From: Candidatus Bathyarchaeota archaeon
GTDB taxonomy: Archaea > Thermoproteota > Bathyarchaeia > Bathyarchaeales > Bathycorpusculaceae
Direction: 5' to 3'
Length of the DNA stretch: 64,000 nt
Assembly: GCA_963827165.1 (NCBI GenBank)
Contig: CAWGZR010000012.1
Coordinates: forward strand, 1 to 64,000
Numbering within the stretch: the first letter of the stretch is position 1; each line of letters starts with the position of its first letter. Position numbers and translations under genes: made by a program. Below are positions 30,145 through 41,078 of the stretch, one piece after another. The notes under the pieces were generated by a model. The model was not told the origin of the DNA and did not search any database. It saw nothing but the letters and a program-made list of their open reading frames with translations.

Positions 30145-30226
30145 GTTTGCGCTCTCAAAGGTGCCTTTAGGTCAACGATAACTTAAAAGCATTGTTCCAC
30201 AGGTAAAAGTCAAGAGCTTTTCTGAG

Positions 30227-30940
30227 TTATATGGTGACTTTTCCATGGGTTTTTGCTCTTGTGCTTCGCCACTGGGCAAAGGTTCCCGAGTATATTCCCC
30301 AGCTTTTTAACTTGGGCGTAACGGTCCTTAGCAAAGCCGGGCATACTGCCAGTTGGATGACCAAGTTTAGGCTATAGGTTGAAACGAGAACGACTGTGAA
30401 GGAGAATTGGCCTATAAAATTGAAGGGGAGAATTCCTATGTTAAAGAGGTAAACGTATTGCCACAGGATATAGGTGGTGCCTATGAAAAGGGTTACTGCG
30501 TAAACAATCATGAGTACAATTAGATTTCTTTTTGTTTTCCCTTCTATGGCACTTCGAGGTATAAGAGCCCAGTTTAAGCCGAAAATAATTAATGCAGTGA
30601 CTGATTCTACCCACGCAGCATATGGCGGTACTCCTTCAACATATAATCCTCCAATAAAGGCACCGATCATACTGCCGACTAGTCCTGGCCAGCCGAACCA
30701 TACTGGGAGCACGCCTAGTAGGATAACTGGAAGGTAGAGAAGGGTAAATCCCGGCAGCATACCTATTGCTGATCCATAAAATAATACTGCGTAAAGCGCT
30801 GCTACCATGGCCATTACTGAGATTTGTTTTGCTTTGCTTTGTTTTTGTGGCAACATTACGTTCATCCTGAGTGGAACTTTACGTCTGGAATGGATAATTC
30901 GAATAAAAGGTTTTTGCCGCGTATTACAATCGTAATACAT
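30227..30940 (-). CDS. QueT/ECF S-component-like membrane protein; true start probably downstream of the listed one
   Basis: MAMVAALYAVL, LPVWFGWPGLVG..IG.FIG motifs. Confidence 0.6.
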   Translation of the reverse strand: MYYDCNTRQKPFIRIIHSRRKVPLRMNVMLPQKQSKAKQISVMAMVAALYAVLFYGSAIGMLPGFTLLYLPVILLGVLPVWFGWPGLVGSMIGAFIGGLYVEGVPPYAAWVESVTALIIFGLNWALIPRSAIEGKTKRNLIVLMIVYAVTLFIGTTYILWQYVYLFNIGILPFNFIGQFSFTVVLVSTYSLNLVIQLAVCPALLRTVTPKLKSWGIYSGTFAQWRSTRAKTHGKVTI

Positions 30941-31059
30941 CCATCCGCGAAAACCAGATTTCTTCGCCGACCCTACCTAAAATCCAAAAAACAAATTCGG
31001 CTAAAGTATAATAGTTCCAACAGTAGTATTAAATAAAAATCGCCACACCCGGGTCAACG

Positions 31060-32043
31060 ATGACTTTCAAATATCCACCAACCAAAATCATTTTCGTTAT
31101 AGCGGTCGCCGTCATCATTGCTTTGAACCTTTATACTCTGATTTTGGCTTACCCGCAGACTTACACACCGTCCAACGGGATCACTCCGTCAGCTCCAATC
31201 TTGGCAAAAGACTTTTCAGCGTACTATATGGGTGCTTGGCGACTCTGGAACAATCCATCACACATATACGCTTCCGGCACCCTAAACGACGGAGAACCAA
31301 TAATTCTTCCCCACCCTGAACCCTACAAGTACCTGCCTTCGTTTTTGCTTCTCGTCACGCCTTTTCTGTCGCTGAACTATCAGCAGGCGCTTACGGCCTT
31401 CGACATCGTTCAGTTTCTGATGCTTCCTTTCATGGCGTACTTCATTTACAAGATCCTGAGCGGGAAACCATTGGCAGTGACGTTCATAGTTATTCTTATA
31501 GCTCTTCTTCTTCCCGACCCTTTCACCAAATGGGGCATCTCGCCTAGCTACTATTGGCAGTGGGGCGAAGGGCAAGCCAAAGTTTTCATTACCTTCCTGC
31601 TGCTGCTCTCCTTCTACTTTGGCTGGAAAGGCAAACCAATACTCTCAGGCGTAGCCTACGCGTTTGGGTTCTTTGACCCAAGGTTCGGTTTGCTCGCATT
31701 ACCTCTCTTCGTAGCGTTCAATCGCAAAAACATCAAATTTGCAAGTGCAAGCGCCGTGTTCTCGGTGCTGCTCTCAAACGGGATGCTGCTGGTTTCAGGC
31801 ATTGGCTCAAGCTTCTTAACTATGGTTTTCTCTAATGCAGTAGCAACACCGCTCTTCTACTACTCTTATATCCCTCTAATTACTCTGTCCGTTTTAATCG
31901 CAGTTAACTTCAAAGAAGAAGGACGCGCTTTTGGCCTAATAAGAACCAAGAAAAACACGACAGACCGAAAAAAAGCCACGGAAACTCAAGAAAACGACAA
32001 AACGACTAATCAGAGAGAAGTCCGCATTTCGCCATCACAATAA
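31060..32043 (+). CDS. GT87/DUF2029-like membrane glycosyltransferase
   Basis: DFSAYY.GA, YKYLP.F.LL..PF..L, GQ motif; multiple TM helices. Confidence 0.75.
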   Translation: MTFKYPPTKIIFVIAVAVIIALNLYTLILAYPQTYTPSNGITPSAPILAKDFSAYYMGAWRLWNNPSHIYASGTLNDGEPIILPHPEPYKYLPSFLLLVTPFLSLNYQQALTAFDIVQFLMLPFMAYFIYKILSGKPLAVTFIVILIALLLPDPFTKWGISPSYYWQWGEGQAKVFITFLLLLSFYFGWKGKPILSGVAYAFGFFDPRFGLLALPLFVAFNRKNIKFASASAVFSVLLSNGMLLVSGIGSSFLTMVFSNAVATPLFYYSYIPLITLSVLIAVNFKEEGRAFGLIRTKKNTTDRKKATETQENDKTTNQREVRISPSQ

Positions 32044-32235
32044 ATTCGCGTTAGATTCTTTTTGCGTCAGACGGTTACTCCATAGGCCGGTAATCTTTCA
32101 ATTCATGTGATCTTTCTTTTGCGGTACAATTTTTTTAGGCTTCAAAATACATGTTTGAAACTTTAAAACAAACAAAAGATGATTTATAAAGCCAGCGATC
32201 GTAAAGAAAGCAAAAAGGGAGAGAATTAGCCTCGG

Positions 32236-33105
32236 ATGTTTAGCCAAAAAAGCAAGGCAGTGCTTTTTACAATTCTGGCTGGTGCACTTTGGGGCACCTC
32301 TTTTCCAATCATTAAGATTGGCTTGGCGTATACCGACCCGTTTGCTTTCCTATTTTGGCGCTTCCTAGTCTCCTCTGTCGCGTTGGTCGCGGTGATGTTG
32401 CTTCTTAGAAAGCTTGAATTCAAAAAGGGAGACGTCAAACTATTGGTTTTCCTGGGCATCGCAAACGGCGCCGGCTACCTCCTACAGTATGTAGGCATGA
32501 ATTACACTACGGCGGCGAAGGCCGCGCTTTTCATAAACTTAAGCGCCATGTGGGTTGCGCTTTTAAGCCCTAAACTGCTGGGTGAACGTTTCTCAAAAAT
32601 AAAAATTGTCGGTGTCCTCTTCGGGTTGGTCGGCATCGTGTTTGTGAGCACTAACTTGGATTTTCAAAGTTTAATGGGTGGGCAAATAGTCGGCGACTTG
32701 ATGCTTGTGGTTTCAGGCGTCGCCTGGGCGGTTTTTATGGTTTACAATAAACGTCTGCTCAACATTTCGACTTCGGCGACATTCCAATCTATGACTTGGG
32801 TTCTTGTCTTCACTATGCTTTCGATTTTGCCGTTTTCTTTTTTGGCGGGCTCAAGGTTTTTCGCATTAAGTTTGACTGCTTGGTTGGGGGTTTTTTACAC
32901 GGCTATTGTCTGCTGGGTTTTACCGTATTATCTTTGGCTTGAAGGGCTCAAACACCTGTCAGCCTCTACATCCACGGTTCTTCTTCTTTCTGAAATTGTA
33001 ATTGCGGTTGTTTTGTCAATTCTGGTGCTCAAGGAACCAGTTACCATTTTCTCTACGATTGGTGCCTTTTTCATAGTAGTCGCGATCGCGCTTGTTTCGC
33101 GCTGA
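32236..33105 (+). CDS. EamA/DMT family transporter
   Basis: LWGTSF, FWRF, LLGER, L.LKEP; ten TM helices in two repeats. Confidence 0.9.
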   Translation: MFSQKSKAVLFTILAGALWGTSFPIIKIGLAYTDPFAFLFWRFLVSSVALVAVMLLLRKLEFKKGDVKLLVFLGIANGAGYLLQYVGMNYTTAAKAALFINLSAMWVALLSPKLLGERFSKIKIVGVLFGLVGIVFVSTNLDFQSLMGGQIVGDLMLVVSGVAWAVFMVYNKRLLNISTSATFQSMTWVLVFTMLSILPFSFLAGSRFFALSLTAWLGVFYTAIVCWVLPYYLWLEGLKHLSASTSTVLLLSEIVIAVVLSILVLKEPVTIFSTIGAFFIVVAIALVSR

Positions 33106-33214
33106 ATTCTCGTTATTTAGCGCTATAAAAGTTGCAAGGTAAGCATGCGTGCGTTCTTTGGCTTAAACTTAAATACATAAAGCATGAAAATATGGCTGGG
33201 GAGAAAACAAAAAA

Positions 33215-34051
33215 ATGGCGAAAAGATTAACAATGATCTTAGTTGCTGTAATGCTTATTGTCGGCTTTGGAATAGGTCTCGTTGCTAGCCCGTTCATTGT
33301 CGCAACGAACAACTCTGGCACTGACACAGTGTGGACAAATATTGAGAAAAGAGGATACATCAACGTGGGGTCAGACCCAAGCTGGCCTCCGTACGAGAAC
33401 TTATCAGATACAGGCCAAATCGTCGGGTTCGAAGTTGACTTGGCAAACGCATGCGCACAACAATTGGGATTGACTATTCATTGGCATGATGTAAGCTTCG
33501 ACGATATAATAACGGAAGTTCAGGATGGACAACTTGACATGGGTGTTAGCGGCTTTTCAGTTACGCCGGACAGACTTAACAGCGTCGCATTCACTATTCC
33601 GCACAGCACAACAGAAGCTCAACTTATCATGCTTTCAAGCGAAGTCAGTAAATTGCACATAACCAACAACACCATAACTTCACTTGCTAGCGTCAAAAGC
33701 CTAAGCTTAACCGTTGGAACACAAGACGGAACAACCGAGCAACAAGAGCTCCAAACCGCTGGAGTATCGATGAATTCATGGGATAGCTTTGCTACTGCGA
33801 TTCAAGATATGGCGAGCGCCAACCCAAGTGTTCAGGCAGTTTACGCTGAGACACCAATAACAACCCAATGGATTGCTCAGTACGCATCGCAAGGTGTTCC
33901 AATCAGTGTTGTTTACGAGCATCCGTACTACCCATGTGCATTCGTAGTTGACAAAAACGCCCAGACCTTCCTTGCAAAATTCGACGGAGCAATAACGACA
34001 ATAATCAGCACAGGACAAATGGACCAGTTAAAAGCCAAATGGAACGCTTAA
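33215..34051 (+). CDS. Polar amino-acid ABC transporter substrate-binding protein
   Basis: VGSDPSWPPYE, GFEVDL, FDDII, VTPDR, GTQDGTT. Confidence 0.9.
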   Translation: MAKRLTMILVAVMLIVGFGIGLVASPFIVATNNSGTDTVWTNIEKRGYINVGSDPSWPPYENLSDTGQIVGFEVDLANACAQQLGLTIHWHDVSFDDIITEVQDGQLDMGVSGFSVTPDRLNSVAFTIPHSTTEAQLIMLSSEVSKLHITNNTITSLASVKSLSLTVGTQDGTTEQQELQTAGVSMNSWDSFATAIQDMASANPSVQAVYAETPITTQWIAQYASQGVPISVVYEHPYYPCAFVVDKNAQTFLAKFDGAITTIISTGQMDQLKAKWNA

Positions 34052-34068
34052 GCAAAGCGTGATTAATA

Positions 34069-34719
34069 TTGGACGTTTGGCAATCCCTGATCTATATCTT
34101 AGAGGGACTTCCCCTCACTTTTTCCATTTCTATAATCGCTTTTATTGCGGGTCTAGCAATTGGTTTGCCGCTTGCATTTATAAGAGTATATGAAAAAGAC
34201 CTGAGCTTTGTGGTTGATGCTTACGAGAAGGTTTTTAGAGGAATTCCAGAACTTGTACTCATGCTGCTGTTTTGCTTCGGATTAGGATATTACTTCCCAG
34301 TACCTTTCGCTAACCCATTCTTTACAGCCACCTTCGTTTTAGGCTTAAGAAGCGGTGCTAATCAATCACAGATTTTTAGAGGAGCCATTCGAGGCATTGG
34401 TGACGAACAGATGATTGCTGCACAATCAGGCGGTTTCTCGAAATGGCAATCCATATGGCATGTTATGGTTCCCCAAGTTTTGGCTTATTCGACGCCAGGC
34501 TTAGGGAGCGAGTACGCTTTACTAATCAAGGACTCAGCGTATGCTTGGGTCATTGGTGTTTTAGAGATGATGAAAAGAGCAGAATTACTTTCTGTCCAGA
34601 CCTCTAATCTGGTAGTACCTTTCACATTTACCCTTCTGATTTATGTAGCGATTACTTTCCCCATAGCTCAATGGCTTGACAGATGGGGAAATAGAAGAAG
34701 GAAAAAAATGGGGCTATAG
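34069..34719 (+). CDS. Polar amino-acid ABC transporter permease
   Basis: FRGIPELV, EAA-like loop QMIAAQSGGFS, LIKDSA. Confidence 0.9.
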   Translation: MDVWQSLIYILEGLPLTFSISIIAFIAGLAIGLPLAFIRVYEKDLSFVVDAYEKVFRGIPELVLMLLFCFGLGYYFPVPFANPFFTATFVLGLRSGANQSQIFRGAIRGIGDEQMIAAQSGGFSKWQSIWHVMVPQVLAYSTPGLGSEYALLIKDSAYAWVIGVLEMMKRAELLSVQTSNLVVPFTFTLLIYVAITFPIAQWLDRWGNRRRKKMGL

Positions 34720-34722
34720 AAT

Positions 34723-35475
34723 ATGACTGATATTGTAATGGAAGCTAGAGACGTCTGCAAGAAATATGAAAAGCTAGAAGCAGTAAAGCATGTTTCAATG
34801 CAAATTCGCAAAGGAGACATAAAATTAATCTTTGGGCCAAGTGGCTCTGGAAAAAGCACTTTTCTACGTTGTATGGCCATGCTAACGACGCCCGATTCAG
34901 GCGAAATCTACCTTGGGGAACAATGCCTAACCACTCCAGGTGTGGATTTAAATAAAGCACGTGCGAGAATTGGCTTTGTTTTCCAGCATATTTACCTTTT
35001 CAGGCATCTTACCGCTTTGGGGAACGTTGAGTTGTCGCTCAGGCATGTGCTAAAATTGCCAAAAGAAGAAGCTCGAAACCGTGCTTTAGCTGCAATCAAG
35101 GAAGTGAACGTGTTCGATTGCATCAACAAGTATCCTTCTCAAATGTCTGGGGGGCAGCAACAGAGAGTAGGCATTGCACGCGCAATAGCTCGCAATCCAG
35201 ACATTATCCTACTTGATGAGCCGACGTCTGCGTTGGACCCGGAACTGACCGGTGAAGTCATCGACACATTGCGTGACTTAGCTAACGAAGGAACCACCAT
35301 GCTCATCGTTAGTCATGAAATGCCGTTTGCCCGTGAAGTAGCGGAAGAAATGATATTTTATGATCAAGGCACGATTGTAGAGACTGGTACACCTGAAATA
35401 TTCTTCAATCATCCCACGAGTGAACGCGCGCAAAAATTCATGACAAGAATAATCAAGAGGACGATGCGTGAATAG
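34723..35475 (+). CDS. Polar amino-acid ABC transporter ATPase (GlnQ-like)
   Basis: GPSGSGKST, MSGGQQQRV, LLDEPTSALDPE. Confidence 0.93.
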   Translation: MTDIVMEARDVCKKYEKLEAVKHVSMQIRKGDIKLIFGPSGSGKSTFLRCMAMLTTPDSGEIYLGEQCLTTPGVDLNKARARIGFVFQHIYLFRHLTALGNVELSLRHVLKLPKEEARNRALAAIKEVNVFDCINKYPSQMSGGQQQRVGIARAIARNPDIILLDEPTSALDPELTGEVIDTLRDLANEGTTMLIVSHEMPFAREVAEEMIFYDQGTIVETGTPEIFFNHPTSERAQKFMTRIIKRTMRE

Positions 35476-35479
35476 CTAA

Positions 35480-36157
35480 ATGTTTGATCAATTTGGGTTC
35501 ATTTCGCAATTCTATCCGCAAATCCTGCAAGGTTTCACATTAACCTTAGAGATAACTGCGTTTGGTGTAACTTTTGGCTTATTGTTGGGAACATTGCTGG
35601 CAATAGGCGACATTTATGGAAACAAGGCTGCCCGAAGTGTCATGAGCGTGTATGTAGAACTTTTTAGAGGAAGCCCACTTTTTGTCCAGCTTTTCTTAGC
35701 CGTCTACGGGATACCTGCCATTGTGCATATTCCAATTAACCATTATCTATTGGCGTTTTTGGTTTTCGGGTTGAACAGTGCCGCCTACCAGAAAGGCTAC
35801 ATGAAGGGTGCTATAGAAGCGATTTACGGGGATCAGATGGACGCGGGTCTTTCGACAGGGATGTCAAAAACACAAACTTTATTGCATGTGATTCTTCCAC
35901 AGGCCTATCGAATAGTCATCCCTTCGTGGACTAACGAGTTCTGTTCTTTAACAAAAAGTTCATCCGCGCTTGCATGGGTGGGAATATTTGATTTGACGGC
36001 GGCGGGAGTAGAAATAACGGGAATATATTATGTAGTGCTTCCCGTTTGGATTGTGATAGGCGTCATCTACTTAATTTGGATCTCCGCCATTGCTAAGGTG
36101 TTTGACTACCTTTATGAAAAATGGAAGATTCCTGGCATTGAACTAAATATGCAGTAG
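35480..36157 (+). CDS. Polar amino-acid ABC transporter permease
   Basis: YVELFRGSPLFVQL, NSAAY, VILPQA. Confidence 0.9.
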   Translation: MFDQFGFISQFYPQILQGFTLTLEITAFGVTFGLLLGTLLAIGDIYGNKAARSVMSVYVELFRGSPLFVQLFLAVYGIPAIVHIPINHYLLAFLVFGLNSAAYQKGYMKGAIEAIYGDQMDAGLSTGMSKTQTLLHVILPQAYRIVIPSWTNEFCSLTKSSSALAWVGIFDLTAAGVEITGIYYVVLPVWIVIGVIYLIWISAIAKVFDYLYEKWKIPGIELNMQ

Positions 36158-36161
36158 GGCC

Positions 36162-36752
36162 TTAGGCTTTCAATTTTCTCATTAGCCACGCCATATTTCT
36201 ACCCAGGTCATCCATGGTTTTCAATGCTTCTTCGTCTTTGTCGATTTCTCCCTTCTTGTTTGCTATGCCGATGTTCCAGTACGAGCTGCCTGGAACAATC
36301 ATCTGATTGATAAGGAAGAAATGGTTGATTGCGTCGAAAGTCGTCATAGCGCCTACGCGTCGGGCAACAGCGACTGCTGCTCCAACCTTGAATCTTAATG
36401 CGTCTGGCGTGGCTCGGCAAACGAATCCCGCTCGGTCAATAAGCGCCTTCATCTCAGGCGACATCATCCCAAAATAAGTTGGCGACCCCAAAATCAGGCC
36501 GTCAGCCGCCAACATCTTTTGAATGTAATCGTTAACTTTGTCAGTGGTGATTGAGCAGCGCTGATTCTTCGTTTCAAAACATGCGCGGCAGGCTGAGCAA
36601 CCTTGGATTTGCTCACCCGCAAGCTGAATCAACTCAGTTTCTATGCCTTCCGCCTCAAGAACACTGAGGACACGTTTCAGAAGCACCCAGGTGTTTCCGT
36701 CTTTCCGCGCGCTCCCATTAAAAGCAACAACTTTCATTTCAGCAAGCCTCAA
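36162..36752 (-). CDS. Iron-sulfur flavoprotein (Isf, flavodoxin-like)
   Basis: NGSARKDGNT, CSACRAC...C, GSPTYF. Confidence 0.88.
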   Translation of the reverse strand: MRLAEMKVVAFNGSARKDGNTWVLLKRVLSVLEAEGIETELIQLAGEQIQGCSACRACFETKNQRCSITTDKVNDYIQKMLAADGLILGSPTYFGMMSPEMKALIDRAGFVCRATPDALRFKVGAAVAVARRVGAMTTFDAINHFFLINQMIVPGSSYWNIGIANKKGEIDKDEEALKTMDDLGRNMAWLMRKLKA

Positions 36753-36825
36753 TCCTTACTCATTGAAAATTAAGATAAAAAAGTAGCGGCAAAGAAATCC
36801 CAAGCTTACTTATGCTTTGACAACG

Positions 36826-38154
36826 CTAGTCTAAGTGGTAAGCTTCTTCTCCATGTTGACTCATGTCTAAACCATCTTCTTCCTCTTTGGGGCTGACTCT
36901 GAGCGGCGAGAACCGATCAACTACTTTCAACAGAGCGAAGGTGCCGCAGAACGCGAAGGCAGACACAACCCCTATCGCGAGAAGCTGAACCGCAAGCTGG
37001 TGAACATTGCCATAAATTAAGCCTGAAATTCCAGGGGTAACCGCTGTAGTCGCGAACAAACCAATCGATATTGCACCTATTATTCCGCCGATTCCGTGGC
37101 AAGCGAAGACATCCAGCGAATCATCAATTCTCGATCTTCCAGCCCGCCAGTTAGCCACCAAGTTTGAGATTACTCCAGCAGCCAACCCGATAACTACCGC
37201 AGCCCAAAAACTAACGTACCCTGAAGCCGCCGTAATCGCCGCCAAACCGCAGACCGCTCCGACCGCGATGCCGATTGCCGAAGGCTTTCCTTTGATCAGC
37301 CAATCCATCATCATCCAGCTAACCGCCGCTGCTGCCGCCGCCAAGTTAGTTACAACAACCGCTGAAACCGCGATGCTGTTAGCTGCCAATGCACTTCCGC
37401 CGTTAAACCCAAACCAGCCGAACCACAACAAACCCGCCCCCAAAATCACGTAAGGGATGTTGGTTGGCTTGAACTCTGAACCCATAGGCACGGTTTTGTT
37501 GGTGCCTTTTTGGTCTAAGGATTTAAGCTGGTCTTTCCAGTAAACGCAGCCTTGTCGTCTCCCCAGAACGAGCGCTGCTGCTAGTGCAGACACACCGGCA
37601 GCAATGTGAACAACTATTCCACCTGCGAAGTCCACGGCCCCGAGTGCATGTAGCCAACCGTTTGGATTCCATATCCACATAGCGATTGGCGAATAAATTA
37701 GGGTTGACCACAAAACGACAAAGATTAGAAGCGCCTTAAAACGGATTCTTTCCGCGCATGCCCCGAGAATCAGTGCTGGAGTGATTGCCGCAAATTTAAG
37801 TTGGAACGCGAAGAACAATATTTCGGGAATGGCTGACGCAGACGGGTAGATGCTTGTAAGGGTTATGTTGTTCAATCCGAAAAGTGATAGGTTGCCTATG
37901 ACGCCGCCTACGCTTGGTCCGTAGACGAGGCTGTAACCCCAAAAGAACCAGACGAGGCTTACCACAGCAAAGATTATCATGCACTGTACGAGCGTGGAGA
38001 CAAGGTTTTTTCTTCTGACTAAGCCGCCGTAGAAGAAAGCCAACGCTGGCGTCATCAGCATTACGAGTGCTGTTGACATTAGCACCCATGCTATGTCTGC
38101 TGCTCCCACATTTGTCCCCTCGACAGCGTCCTTATAGCTTATTTGTCCATCCAT
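36826..38154 (-). CDS. amt: Ammonium transporter
   Basis: FFYGGLVR.KN, DFAGG.VVH, LLWFGWFGFN, DD.LDVF.CHG, HGEEAY. Confidence 0.96.
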   Translation of the reverse strand: MDGQISYKDAVEGTNVGAADIAWVLMSTALVMLMTPALAFFYGGLVRRKNLVSTLVQCMIIFAVVSLVWFFWGYSLVYGPSVGGVIGNLSLFGLNNITLTSIYPSASAIPEILFFAFQLKFAAITPALILGACAERIRFKALLIFVVLWSTLIYSPIAMWIWNPNGWLHALGAVDFAGGIVVHIAAGVSALAAALVLGRRQGCVYWKDQLKSLDQKGTNKTVPMGSEFKPTNIPYVILGAGLLWFGWFGFNGGSALAANSIAVSAVVVTNLAAAAAAVSWMMMDWLIKGKPSAIGIAVGAVCGLAAITAASGYVSFWAAVVIGLAAGVISNLVANWRAGRSRIDDSLDVFACHGIGGIIGAISIGLFATTAVTPGISGLIYGNVHQLAVQLLAIGVVSAFAFCGTFALLKVVDRFSPLRVSPKEEEDGLDMSQHGEEAYHLD

Positions 38155-38388
38155 TTCGGCGAACTAATATTTAAACTATGCATTCGCATCGATTGCAGAC
38201 TTAAATATCGACAAATGTCCAATCAGCATGCTCAATAAAAATGAAAGTCATTAAACAATCAAACAAAAAAAGACTTAACCGCGACAAAATTGTCTAAAAT
38301 AAACCACGCAAACTTGAAAATTGTCAAATGACCCGAAAAACAACAAATTGCAAAAAACGCAAAAATAAAAAAGCTTGCTAGGCAAAGC

Positions 38389-39690
38389 CTAGTCAAGCTG
38401 GTATGCTTCTTCGCCGTGTTCGCTCATGTCTAAGCCTGCGTCCTCCGCTTCCTCGCTTACTCTCAGCGGCGAAAACACGTTCACCAGCTTAAGCAGCCCG
38501 TAGGAGCCGAAGAACGCAAACGGTACCACTATTCCTATCGCTGCTAACTGGACGAGGAATTGATGCACGTTTCCGAAGATCAAGCCGCTTGCACCATTTA
38601 TGGCAGCTGATGCGAATATTCCTGTTGCGATTGAGCCCCAGATTCCGCCGATGCCGTGGCATGCGAAGACATCCAATGCATCATCTATTCTGGATCTGCC
38701 TGCTCTCCAGTTTGCTACTGAATTAGAGATGATGCCGCCTATCAAGCCGATTATAAGCGCCGAACCTGCACTGACATAGCCCGAGGCAGGCGTAATGACG
38801 ACGAGCCCAACTACTGCGCCCGTAGCCATTCCTATCGCAGTTGGTTTTCCCTTCCTGACCCAGTCAGCCAACATCCAACTTACCGCCGCCGCAGCCGCTG
38901 CCAGATTCGTAGTTACAAGTGCCGAGACAGCCAAGTTGTTTGCGGCTAATGCGCTGCCTGCATTGAAGCCGAACCACCCGAACCACAACAGCGCTGCACC
39001 CAATAGCACGTAGGGGATGTTTGTCGGCTTAAACTCTTCTGCATGATCCTTTTTGTCTAATGCTTTCATGTGACTTTGCCACGGAACAGCGCAGCCTTTT
39101 CTCCTTCCCACGACTAGCGCCGCCGCCAAAGCTGATATGCCCGAGGAAATGTGCACAACTATTCCGCCTGCAAAGTCGATTGCGCCAAGATGATTAATCC
39201 CAAGCCACCCGTTTGGGTTCCATACCCAGCAGGCTATGGGCGCGTAAATCAGGGTTGACCAGAGAACTATGAAGATTAAGAGTGATTTGAAACGGATTCT
39301 TTCTGCGCAGGCGCCCACGATTAAAGCAGGTGTGATGGCTGCGAACTTTAGTTGGAATGCGAAATAAAGCAGTTCGGGGATTTTGGGGGCAAGTTGCGTG
39401 TTAATTGCGTTTATGCTTAAGCCGTTTAAGCCCAGCAAACTCGGGTTGAACCCGATTAAGCCGGTGCTCGAGGTTCCGAAGACGAGCATGTATCCCCAAA
39501 GAGCCCAGACTATGCTTACAACTGCGAATATTATGAAGCACTGGGCGATGGTTGATACGAGGTTCTTTTTTCTAACTAAGCCGCCGTAGAAGAATCCAAG
39601 CGCGGGGGTCATTAGCATGACTAGGGCTGTTGCGGTTATTACCCACGCAATGCTTCCCGGGTCTGTGCCTGTGGTTGCTATGCTTGACAT
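38389..39690 (-). CDS. amt: Ammonium transporter (tandem paralogue)
   Basis: Same motifs as the neighbouring Amt; both pore His residues conserved. Confidence 0.96.
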   Translation of the reverse strand: MSSIATTGTDPGSIAWVITATALVMLMTPALGFFYGGLVRKKNLVSTIAQCFIIFAVVSIVWALWGYMLVFGTSSTGLIGFNPSLLGLNGLSINAINTQLAPKIPELLYFAFQLKFAAITPALIVGACAERIRFKSLLIFIVLWSTLIYAPIACWVWNPNGWLGINHLGAIDFAGGIVVHISSGISALAAALVVGRRKGCAVPWQSHMKALDKKDHAEEFKPTNIPYVLLGAALLWFGWFGFNAGSALAANNLAVSALVTTNLAAAAAAVSWMLADWVRKGKPTAIGMATGAVVGLVVITPASGYVSAGSALIIGLIGGIISNSVANWRAGRSRIDDALDVFACHGIGGIWGSIATGIFASAAINGASGLIFGNVHQFLVQLAAIGIVVPFAFFGSYGLLKLVNVFSPLRVSEEAEDAGLDMSEHGEEAYQLD

Positions 39691-40084
39691 TTCTCACCAA
39701 TCCTTTTTGACAATCGTTTGACTAGCTGAATTTTTACCTCTACAGCTACACAAAGTTATATTTAAAAGCTGTGCATATGAGACGTGTTTCATCAATGAAT
39801 TGGGTGATTGTCGATTTAACATGCTGTTTGCAGCTTGTTCATCCAATTTTTTATCCACACAGCATCCTGCGCTAGAAAATCGTCCAAAAATAACGTCTAA
39901 ACTGGAAGTTTGCAACCCATGGAAAACCAAGCCAAATCCGCTATCTTACCCAAATATACAGATTCAAATAAAAAATGCCCCGCGCAAATGGCCAGCTTCA
40001 AAGTGAAGAAAACCCGTTTTTTCGTCGATGCACAAAACCCTTATTACTTTTCGACCCCTTCTTTGCTGGAAAAGGGCTCGTCAG

Positions 40085-40990
40085 ATGAAATTTGGCACAT
40101 ATACCTTCAAACCTGAAAAAGCAGTAGGTTTTGATTTTCACGTACTCCGCGTCAAAATCGAAACTGGAGCAAAGCAAAAACCGCTACGAGACATGTACAG
40201 CAACGTCGCCGTTTTCGCTGACAACGCCGCAGTCGAAACACATTCCGACTGGGTATCCCAATCGCCCACTGGACAAGCAAAGATTGGAAACAACAACCTC
40301 AACATCTGGTGGAACATCGTTTGCGCCACTCAGCCTCAACATAGAGCCCAGCAGCTCGACTACATCGCCCAAGTAGATCAGCAGTCGCCGGGCATATGGC
40401 TAACCAACCAGTATTTTGCCGACCAAGGATACTGCACCTGCCCAAGATGTCAAGAACTCTGGAAAAAAAGCGGGTTGGGCTGGATGGATTGGCGTCGACG
40501 CGAAGTCACCGATTATATCGCTCAAATCCGCGACCGCGTCAAAAACGAGTTGGTCTTGTGCATACAGCCGGATCCCGTAAACTCTTTGGAGCGTTATGGC
40601 GTGGACTTTGATGATTTCGCCAAATACGCCGACAAATTCTGTGTTGTTATGTTCAGCAAAAACTACGCAACCCCTTGGTACTTTGAAATGTTGACCCGCG
40701 CCTTTAAAAAACTGCTCAAGAAACCCTTCTACGTTGCCCTCTACGTTTATGGTCCAGGCGACAACCCCAAAGACGTCCCAACCACACAGGAGCTGCTTGT
40801 CACAAGCGTACGTTGTGCACGGTCAGGCGCAGAAGGGCTGCTATACTTAACGGAAGGCGCGAGCCAAATCAGAAACTTCCAAAAAGAAGCAGTCGCCCAA
40901 ACCCAACTAATTGAAAAGTTGAGAACTTACGGCGACCAACCCGTACAGGAATACTTGGATCGGGTTGCAAGCTGGAAAAATTTCTTATAG
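40085..40990 (+). CDS. Hypothetical protein, possibly glycoside-hydrolase-like TIM barrel with Cys cluster
   Basis: YCTCPRC...W.DWRRREVTDY pattern; start placed at MKFGT. Confidence 0.55.
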   Translation: MKFGTYTFKPEKAVGFDFHVLRVKIETGAKQKPLRDMYSNVAVFADNAAVETHSDWVSQSPTGQAKIGNNNLNIWWNIVCATQPQHRAQQLDYIAQVDQQSPGIWLTNQYFADQGYCTCPRCQELWKKSGLGWMDWRRREVTDYIAQIRDRVKNELVLCIQPDPVNSLERYGVDFDDFAKYADKFCVVMFSKNYATPWYFEMLTRAFKKLLKKPFYVALYVYGPGDNPKDVPTTQELLVTSVRCARSGAEGLLYLTEGASQIRNFQKEAVAQTQLIEKLRTYGDQPVQEYLDRVASWKNFL

Positions 40991-41078
40991 CTTGCAGTTT
41001 TAGACGCTAAGGAATCAGAGTTCAATTAGCCAATCTTGAAAATGCCAAAATGAAACCCAAAAAAATGGCTGGAAAAAT

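Noticed and set aside
38155-38388. Search for NrpR operators (GGAA-N6-TTCC) upstream of the amt genes
   Set aside because: No clear match seen by eye in either amt upstream region
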